DNA of 64,000 bases from a virus, in the IMG/VR virus record IMGVR_UViG_3300044941_000276, positions 41,642 to 105,641 of that record; one strand, written 5' to 3'. Shown here piece by piece: positions 56,921-64,000 of the stretch (positions within the stretch are counted from its first letter, which is position 1; every line of letters starts with the position of its first letter). The notes under the pieces are model-generated. The model worked only from the letters and a program-made list of their open reading frames with translations, was not told where the DNA came from and did not search any database. Position numbers and translations under genes: made by a program.

Positions 56921-58280
56921 GCCTAGAGTGATTAAACACAGCTCATATGATTATCTTTCCGATAGCTTAATCAACGCCCGCTTTGATGGAGTGGGCGTTG
57001 TTGAAGCTAAAAGAGAGAAAATGAGCTACGATCTAATAAGAGATCTTGCATATTATCACAGTTACTTTTTCATGGGGGAAGACCCTAAAAAAGCATTGAT
57101 AGATGCACATACTGCTTATAAAAGAGAAGACTTCAATAGCGATGAAGAGTATTGGGAGCGTATAGCTTATCACAATAATATTATCAATTTTATAAGAGAT
57201 ATAAATATCAACATATTTACAGGTAATACTCCAGCCCAAAAAGCGGCATCGGTAATGTTGTCTATTTTAGCAATGGATAATGAAAAAGATAATAGTGAAA
57301 AAAATGGCGCTATGATGGACTTCTTTAAACCTACCGATGAAGAAATTGATAAAGCTAAAGAAGGAAAGCTAAACAATGGCAGAGAAATCCCTACAGAAAC
57401 AAAGAAGAATAATAAAGAAAGTGTCAATGGTAGTGTTGCTGGTGGACAAGGAAGGGCTGATAGGGTTACTTTACTTGAAGACTATGTTCACACTACAATC
57501 AATTATGCTATCGATAGTCCTATTGCAAGTGAATATTTTAATACCACTACTACTAATGGAGAATTGGCTTTATTTAATATGACTAATGAACAAAAAATAT
57601 TAATAAACCAACTTTCCATTGTTTCTTCTATGGGAAAACTCAATACTAGAAAAAAGAGACCTGGTAAATGCTATGGTTTAATGAATGACATAGGTGATAT
57701 AGTACACGCTTCTCCACGATCTCAGTTATTATCTCCTATACTTCCTATAAAATTAATAGAGAAGACTCTTACCACTAGTAAATCAAAACAAGGAGGAAAG
57801 CAAATACTTATATATCTTATTGATGATAGTGGATCAATGAGCGTTATAGAAAAAGTACGTTGGGTTAAAACTTTGATGATTAATCGTCTTGATGCTGTAG
57901 CAAAGAATAAAGCAGAATTATATGTAGCTTGGTATATAGAAGATATTATACCTAAGTCAATTATTCATATTAAGAATAAAGCACAAGCAATAGAATTTTC
58001 TAAAAAACAATTCTTTGGCAATTTTAACGGAGGTGGTACTAATATAGCAAGAGCTATTGAAAGTACTGTTAATAGCATCAAAAGTAATAACTTTTACGGT
58101 AACCCTATTAAAGGTGTAAATCCTCAAATAGTTTTGATTAACGATGGTCAAGATTTTATAGATAAAAATTACGAAGTAGGTAAGGGAATTACACTTAATA
58201 GTTTTATTTTAGGGGGTGATAATAAAAACTTAGAAATTGTTACACGAAGATCTGGAGGGACTTATGTTAGATTCTTATAG
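56907..58280 (+). CDS. vWA-domain protein (paralog 2)
   Basis: LIDDSGSM; GGGTNI; INDG; NRLDAV shared with 44291. Confidence 0.85.
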   Translation: MNSIEPRVIKHSSYDYLSDSLINARFDGVGVVEAKREKMSYDLIRDLAYYHSYFFMGEDPKKALIDAHTAYKREDFNSDEEYWERIAYHNNIINFIRDININIFTGNTPAQKAASVMLSILAMDNEKDNSEKNGAMMDFFKPTDEEIDKAKEGKLNNGREIPTETKKNNKESVNGSVAGGQGRADRVTLLEDYVHTTINYAIDSPIASEYFNTTTTNGELALFNMTNEQKILINQLSIVSSMGKLNTRKKRPGKCYGLMNDIGDIVHASPRSQLLSPILPIKLIEKTLTTSKSKQGGKQILIYLIDDSGSMSVIEKVRWVKTLMINRLDAVAKNKAELYVAWYIEDIIPKSIIHIKNKAQAIEFSKKQFFGNFNGGGTNIARAIESTVNSIKSNNFYGNPIKGVNPQIVLINDGQDFIDKNYEVGKGITLNSFILGGDNKNLEIVTRRSGGTYVRFL

Positions 58281-58602
58281 CGATTACGTTACTCCTAAAA
58301 TATTAGAACAAGTAAATATACTTACTGCTCTTTTAAAGATATTAAGTAATCAATATTATTCTATTATATCTAAAAGAGTTTATCACGATAATGAAGAAAC
58401 GTATGAAACAGTAATATATTTTTCATCTAAAGATGATTTCGATGTATATATAGCTTCCCATACTGGAATATACGCAGCTGCATTTCGTGATAAAAGTGGT
58501 ATACTTGTTATTAATAAAGCTGATTATTATCAAGTTTTAGATTTTAAAACTGTCAGTACCAAATCATTTCGTTCTTTGTTTGAAACTATAATATTAAACT
58601 AA
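58264..58602 (+). CDS. hypothetical protein
   Basis: ORF track; start uncertain. Confidence 0.5.
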   Translation: MLDSYSDYVTPKILEQVNILTALLKILSNQYYSIISKRVYHDNEETYETVIYFSSKDDFDVYIASHTGIYAAAFRDKSGILVINKADYYQVLDFKTVSTKSFRSLFETIILN

Positions 58603-58645
58603 GAACAGATTAAATTAAATATTCACATCTTAAAAAAATAAAACA

Positions 58646-59746
58646 GTGGCATACTTTATTAAAACCGAAGATGAGTTAAAAAAATCAGGAGCATGGAATT
58701 ATTCTACTAATGTTCCTGTTGGATTTCCAAAAGATGGAAGTAAAAATTCGATGATTGGTAGTGTTTTACCTACTCATTTAATTCCAAAGTGTAAATCTGG
58801 AAAACCATTTACTTATAATAAAGTAAAACTTTCACCAAAACATTTAAAACAGGTAAACATGAAATATAGATTTATAACTGAAAAAGAGCTAGTAACCGAG
58901 TTCAAGTATAAAATCATATATCGTGTACCAATTCCAGCATTTAAATGTAAACATGCTTTTTACAATGATGGAAGTAATCATAAATATTTTGGGGCTTTTT
59001 GTACCGAAGATGTTAATAAACAAATTGAAAAAGGTAACTCGATAATAGTTATTGATAATTACGAGTGGAGTAATGTATTTTTCAAACCAATAGCCGATGG
59101 TGAATTACCTATGGCTAGAAATAAAACACTTCAAGAACTCATAAGAGATGGGGCTACAATTACTGGACCTAATCTTACTTATTTAGATAAAACCATTTTA
59201 ATCGATAGCTATTATAAAATTTCAGGTAGATGTCCTGCAGAAACTCATCAAGACATACAAGATAAATTTTACAAATTGGGAGAGACCGATTGGTTGACTA
59301 ACCGTAGCATATTTGACGTTGTCAATAAGCCTATTGAAACAGGTGATTTTGTTAAGGTAACATCAGGACCTAATGCTGGAAAAGTTATACAAGTAAAAAA
59401 AGCTAACGATTTAATTTATTTTAACGTTGAAAATGATGAATATTATAGTTTCGCTGATATAACACACGTGTCAGACGAAGAAAAAGAATCAATACTTAAA
59501 ACGATTCAAGATGAAGTTAATCTTGTTGAAAACACTCAAGGTATTCATTATGTAAAATGTGTTGATACTTTTGTAAAAGGCAATGTTGTGTTTACAAAAA
59601 GCATAATCTATCCCATACTTGATATATATCCTGAAACAGAATCTAATCAAGAAGAATATCTTATCAGTAATGGAAAAGATACACTATTAATATCATCATT
59701 ACATCCAAAGTTTGAGGATTTTTATCGTTACGATATATTTGAATAG
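58646..59746 (+). CDS. hypothetical protein with KOW motif
   Basis: GDFVKVTSGPNAGKV. Confidence 0.6.
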   Translation: MAYFIKTEDELKKSGAWNYSTNVPVGFPKDGSKNSMIGSVLPTHLIPKCKSGKPFTYNKVKLSPKHLKQVNMKYRFITEKELVTEFKYKIIYRVPIPAFKCKHAFYNDGSNHKYFGAFCTEDVNKQIEKGNSIIVIDNYEWSNVFFKPIADGELPMARNKTLQELIRDGATITGPNLTYLDKTILIDSYYKISGRCPAETHQDIQDKFYKLGETDWLTNRSIFDVVNKPIETGDFVKVTSGPNAGKVIQVKKANDLIYFNVENDEYYSFADITHVSDEEKESILKTIQDEVNLVENTQGIHYVKCVDTFVKGNVVFTKSIIYPILDIYPETESNQEEYLISNGKDTLLISSLHPKFEDFYRYDIFE

Positions 59747-59748
59747 TT

Positions 59749-59934
59749 ATGACTAAAGCTAATCGAGAATTATTAGAAAGAAAAAAGAACATTATAAGAC
59801 ACGTATCTCAATATGAAACTTTTGATTCAATTCCTCGAGACGTATTAAATAATGTAAAATTTACTTACAATGTTAGTACCGATTATGTTAAAACTTTGTT
59901 TGTAAGCTATAAAAGAGGAGAGATATTGTTGTAA
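59749..59934 (+). CDS. small hypothetical protein
   Basis: ORF track. Confidence 0.5.
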   Translation: MTKANRELLERKKNIIRHVSQYETFDSIPRDVLNNVKFTYNVSTDYVKTLFVSYKRGEILL

Positions 59935-59949
59935 TTAAATTGTTGTGTA

Positions 59950-60120
59950 ATGAAAGCTTGTGAAGGAGTTGATTGTCCAATTAAAGACACATGTCAATTA
60001 TATATGACATACAAAAAATTAAATTACTTTTCAAAACCTACGAAAATAATCTTACCTCCATATGACAAAAAATCAAGAAAGTGTAGCGCCTATGTATTGT
60101 TTCGTAAACCACGTAGCTAA
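59950..60120 (+). CDS. 56-aa Cys-motif protein missing from the ORF track
   Basis: Manual translation MKACEGVDCPIKDTCQLY...PPY......C..Y. Confidence 0.55.
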   Translation: MKACEGVDCPIKDTCQLYMTYKKLNYFSKPTKIILPPYDKKSRKCSAYVLFRKPRS

Positions 60121-60505
60121 TATTGGCAACGTTATATTTTCATCTGATCATGAGTTATATCATGTAATGGATGTGCGTAAAGATTGTGTTTTAGCTAAAC
60201 CTTTAACAAACAATCACAACGAAATATACATATCAAATTATAAAGTAATAGCCAGAGTAGAATTAATTAAACCTCAGGTTGTTAATGTTTATGATACATT
60301 TCTTGTCCCTGATTTTCCATATCCTTTCGATATGCTTTATTTTGTAGAGTTTAAAGATTACATGGGTAAATATAAATGTACCAATTTGGAAAAAGAAATA
60401 TGGGGTATTGATGAAGATATTGTGTTATCTTACGCTTGTAACTATACAAAGAAGCTTTCTGAAATGGATATTTTAGAACTTAAGCGTATAATTTCCGAGT
60501 GGTAA
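60062..60505 (+). CDS. hypothetical protein
   Basis: ORF track. Confidence 0.5.
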   Translation: MTKNQESVAPMYCFVNHVANIGNVIFSSDHELYHVMDVRKDCVLAKPLTNNHNEIYISNYKVIARVELIKPQVVNVYDTFLVPDFPYPFDMLYFVEFKDYMGKYKCTNLEKEIWGIDEDIVLSYACNYTKKLSEMDILELKRIISEW

Positions 60506-60573
60506 GTTGTATATTTGCCTATTGTTTATACCCTATGGGTATAAACAATTTTAGTGCAACTAATAAAACCAAT

Positions 60574-60996
60574 ATGAAATACATCATGACAATTGTCTTA
60601 TTATTTATTTCAACAACTATTCAAAATAAACCTTGGTTATATCCCGAATTAAAAGTTGTTGATAAAATAGAAGACATAATAATGCCAGATATTATGAATA
60701 AAATAGCATATCAAGAGTCAAGAAATAACTGGTATGCTATTAATCATAATACCAATGGTACAATAGACTTGGGGCGATATCAAATTAATACTGTGGCTTT
60801 TAAAGAACTAAACAATGTGTATAATATGGAAATTCCTGATAAGGATACTTTTTTATCCGACACTTTGTTACAAAAAAAATACGCTCTTGTATTATATGAA
60901 CATAATATTATGATTTTAAAGCGAAGAAAAATACCAGTCAATGATCTGACTATATTATTAGCCTGGAAACACTCTGGTTATAATGTTAATTGGTAA
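60574..60996 (+). CDS. lysozyme-like/SLT transglycosylase with N-terminal hydrophobic anchor
   Basis: IAYQES....AIN.NTNGT.D.G.YQIN. Confidence 0.8.
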   Translation: MKYIMTIVLLFISTTIQNKPWLYPELKVVDKIEDIIMPDIMNKIAYQESRNNWYAINHNTNGTIDLGRYQINTVAFKELNNVYNMEIPDKDTFLSDTLLQKKYALVLYEHNIMILKRRKIPVNDLTILLAWKHSGYNVNW

Positions 60997-61082
60997 AAAC
61001 ACCGATAATTTTTGATTATAATATTAAACAATTTCGTCCCAAGTATCGTAAAATATTTTATTAACACTATAAAATAAATTAT

Positions 61083-61706
61083 ATGTCTATACAAAAAGTT
61101 ATAGAACGTATTAGGATAGCTTCAAGCTTTTGGGTACCAGTATTTGTCTTTTTGTTACCTTTGGGTTTGATGGTTTTATCTGGAATACTAAATCACAATT
61201 ATGCTACAAGAGTAGCTACTGAACTTGGTCTTGATAGTACTCGTATAAAAGCGGCAGGTTTCTTTATATTGGCTACAGGTTCTTTATTATTTTCTTATCC
61301 TTTTGTATTATCTCATTTTAAAATGGATAATACTCTTGATCCCGCCGAAAAAAAGATGTTATCTATTTTATTATTAGTAGCAATTACTCCTTATAGCGTA
61401 TTAATTTTATTTGATGCTTTCAATAAATATAAACAAGGTACATTATCTAATGTGTCCACTTTATTTGATATAGCTCAAGTAGTAATAGCTATGGGATTTG
61501 AATATGCTGCTGGTATATTGGCATTACCTATTAGAAAATTAATGTTTAGCGATGTAGCTAATAAAGGAGGTGGTGGAAGCTCATCATCTAAAAGTGTTGG
61601 TATCGATGCAAATAAAACCTATGGAGGAGGTAGCGGCTCTAATTCTGGACAAGGAGGAGATAATAAGCAAAATCCTCCTGTTGCTCCAAAATCAGGGCCT
61701 ACTTAA
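61083..61706 (+). CDS. multi-pass membrane protein with Gly/Ser-rich tail
   Basis: About 4 hydrophobic segments. Confidence 0.65.
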   Translation: MSIQKVIERIRIASSFWVPVFVFLLPLGLMVLSGILNHNYATRVATELGLDSTRIKAAGFFILATGSLLFSYPFVLSHFKMDNTLDPAEKKMLSILLLVAITPYSVLILFDAFNKYKQGTLSNVSTLFDIAQVVIAMGFEYAAGILALPIRKLMFSDVANKGGGGSSSSKSVGIDANKTYGGGSGSNSGQGGDNKQNPPVAPKSGPT

Positions 61707-61727
61707 ACATCAGGTAATACCGATATA

Positions 61728-62513
61728 ATGAAAAAAATCAACGAAAGAGATCCTAATTTAAAAGTGGGTCGTCAATTATCCATAGGATATCAATCAAATA
61801 ATTATAGAAAGCTTATGCGATTGGTAAATGATAAATCAATTCCTGACAAATCTATTGAAGAGTTAACTCTTGAGATTGAGATGGTTATGAATATGGGAGA
61901 AGTTGACGACCCCGATCAGGATTTCCAAGCTGAATATAGAGAGTTAAAAGTAACAGCTATTGATAGATTACAAAAAATAATCGATTCTAAAAAAAGAGTA
62001 AATACTCCTTTAGTATTACCAAATACTGATTATTTTAAAGAAGATTTATTTGATAGAGCAGGTAAAGTATCTAAACTGTTAAAAATAAATTATACACGTT
62101 TAGTACAAAAAATAGAAAATGACATAGGTTTGACTATGGAATTTATAAAACTAGCTGATAATTATATAGGAAATACTACTAGTATAATAGCTAGAACCGA
62201 CTTGATTAAATTTTTAGGTACTATTGGAATATCTCAATCTACAAGTGATAATTTACAATCGGAATTTATCAATACTGTTTGTTTTTTACTTATCGATTAC
62301 ATTACTTATGAACTTGGGGTGGTAGAAGAAAATAGCTACAAAGAAGCAAGATTATTACTCGAGGATGCTTTTACAATACCTGGCTTTGAAGATACTGTCA
62401 GAGATGCTTATTACAACTTATCAGGTGAAGAATTAATAAATCAATTTATAAAAATATTAATTCACTTTGATGTAGTTAAACCAAACATTTACGATTATAT
62501 AAAAGATGAATAA
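61728..62513 (+). CDS. hypothetical protein
   Basis: ORF track. Confidence 0.6.
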   Translation: MKKINERDPNLKVGRQLSIGYQSNNYRKLMRLVNDKSIPDKSIEELTLEIEMVMNMGEVDDPDQDFQAEYRELKVTAIDRLQKIIDSKKRVNTPLVLPNTDYFKEDLFDRAGKVSKLLKINYTRLVQKIENDIGLTMEFIKLADNYIGNTTSIIARTDLIKFLGTIGISQSTSDNLQSEFINTVCFLLIDYITYELGVVEENSYKEARLLLEDAFTIPGFEDTVRDAYYNLSGEELINQFIKILIHFDVVKPNIYDYIKDE

Positions 62514-62988
62514 ATCTTCTTTAGATTTGATATATGAAAATTTATTAAACAACTCGTTTTCTAACATAATTAAAGAATCAAAACCTGGTTCATTTCCTAA
62601 AAGAAAGCCTGGACATATTGATCTTGGTGTAGTAATATACAATATATTAAGAGAGAGATTTGATAAGAATAATCCCGATGCAACAAGTACAGTCAGAAAA
62701 AGTTTTTATTGTCATCTTAAAAACTTTTTATTAGAACTTGATGGAAATAATCAAGTACCTTGTGAACCTGTTATAGATGTCATAGAAGCTCATAGTTACA
62801 GTAGCTCTAGAAGAAATCAAGACTCTATTAATATATCGGTGTATACTAGCGACAAGTACAAAAGAGTATATTATCCCGATCCTAATTTTAAAATTAGTAA
62901 CGGTAGTGATAATAGTGTTATGATTGGAAGAAAGTTAGTAAACGATGGTTATAAAAACATAATGACAAGTGTTGATGTGTGCGTATAA
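62506..62988 (+). CDS. hypothetical protein
   Basis: ORF track. Confidence 0.55.
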   Translation: MNKSSLDLIYENLLNNSFSNIIKESKPGSFPKRKPGHIDLGVVIYNILRERFDKNNPDATSTVRKSFYCHLKNFLLELDGNNQVPCEPVIDVIEAHSYSSSRRNQDSINISVYTSDKYKRVYYPDPNFKISNGSDNSVMIGRKLVNDGYKNIMTSVDVCV

Positions 62989-63001
62989 TAAGTTAAACAT
63001 T

Positions 63002-63586
63002 ATGTCTGGAGAGTCAATAAACAAGACTATGAAAAATAAATTGAAAATAGGTATCATTAAATTTACTCCATCGGCGACAAATCCTGATGGAAAATTAGCA
63101 CACGTAGAATGCGTTAATATTCATACTATGAAACGATTTACCAAAAAACTATCCAATATGTATAGACAAGGGTCTATAGGAGAAAAGGTAGAATATAATG
63201 GTCGAGTCGTAGTAATAACTGGTGTAAGATATCACGATGGTGTTAATTATTACACCGTAGCTGATCTTGAAAATTTAGATCATACTTTTGAGGTAACCAA
63301 TGTAAAATGGTTATCTAAAAAAGCAACTATTAATGAAGGCGATCTCTGGTACGTTGAAGAAGTAGGAGACTATGTTTATCTTGTTAAAAAATCAAAATCC
63401 AAGTTAGTGAAAGAACGTTGGCAAAGTAAAAGTCCATCGTTACGAGTAGCATGTTTAGAAGAACATCCTCATCTTTCTTTTGTATCAGAAAATGATGTTG
63501 TGGTAGCAGGTGGAGAGAGTATACCGTTATATACTTTACTTGCAAATGCCAATAAAAATAAAAATATTAACTATCCAAGAAAGTAA
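63002..63586 (+). CDS. hypothetical protein
   Basis: ORF track; start uncertain. Confidence 0.55.
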   Translation: MSGESINKTMKNKLKIGIIKFTPSATNPDGKLAHVECVNIHTMKRFTKKLSNMYRQGSIGEKVEYNGRVVVITGVRYHDGVNYYTVADLENLDHTFEVTNVKWLSKKATINEGDLWYVEEVGDYVYLVKKSKSKLVKERWQSKSPSLRVACLEEHPHLSFVSENDVVVAGGESIPLYTLLANANKNKNINYPRK

Positions 63587-64000
63587 AAACAATCAGGGTG
63601 GTAAAGTAAAAATATTATTTCCTGCTCGTATAGAAGCAATAGAAGCTACTAATAACCCCAATGTGTTATCAGTAAAATTATCTTGCGAAGTATATACTTT
63701 TTATGAAGGATATAATCGTAATGATTACGGATGGACTCTGCAAAAAGAACATCTACGATCTATAGGCATACCAGAACCATATGTTAATTGGATTACTTAC
63801 GAACCAGAAGTAAGATATGCTACCGATAACATATCAAAATTTATTGCTAGACGATTAGATCTTGAAGAAGGTATGTATATTGATGGAACGTTTATAGATA
63901 AATTAAAATTAAAAGATCCTCCTTTTGACGGATGTCCTCAGGTTATATATTTTAAAGTCGATGATCAAATTTATCATACTGTTAATCGTACAGGTATAAA
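63546..64000 (+). CDS. hypothetical protein, truncated by the window end
   Basis: Open frame from ATG 63546 (MPIKIKILTIQESKNNQGG...) to the end of the window. Confidence 0.6.
   Translation, partial: MPIKIKILTIQESKNNQGGKVKILFPARIEAIEATNNPNVLSVKLSCEVYTFYEGYNRNDYGWTLQKEHLRSIGIPEPYVNWITYEPEVRYATDNISKFIARRLDLEEGMYIDGTFIDKLKLKDPPFDGCPQVIYFKVDDQIYHTVNRTGI

Noticed and set aside
1-64000. Stop-codon reassignment (TAG/TGA) as in some crAss-like phages
   Set aside because: Core genes are full length in code 11, TAG and TGA both end genes, and no suppressor tRNA is seen

Overview
This is a 64-kb piece of a crAss-like (Crassvirales-type) phage genome read in the standard genetic code. The host is most likely Bacteroidota, judged from TAnnTTTG promoters and the absence of Shine-Dalgarno sequences. 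From 1 to ~39.2 kb the minus strand carries the late/virion module: RepL-like protein, PD-(D/E)XK nuclease, GroES-like protein, ferritin-like protein, terminase, portal, fibre and Cys-rich proteins, major capsid protein, ring proteins and tail-stabilisation protein. It ends in a block of probable virion cargo proteins sharing a [FY]xxGG motif, including a topoisomerase IB and a PT-TG/GNAT/ADP-ribosyltransferase polyvalent protein. An AT-rich strand-switch region with TCACAA repeats (candidate origin) lies at 39.25-39.7 kb. The plus-strand early region follows, and its first ~9 kb is GC-richer and densely structured. It holds (i) at least 8 hairpins with unrelated stems but a shared AAUUGAA(G/A) loop, several burying or abutting start codons; (ii) a tRNA scaffold whose anticodon arm is replaced by that hairpin; (iii) a second, 141-nt tRNA-like RNA; (iv) a type III hammerhead ribozyme; (v) about eight H-type pseudoknots; (vi) two real tRNAs; (vii) a DUF1874/AcrIII-1-like gene; and (viii) a MoxR-vWA pair that has a paralogous pair at 55.7-58.3 kb. 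The AAUUGAAG-loop RNA system is the best candidate for an undescribed system. All structures were paired by eye, and no database search or folding program was run.
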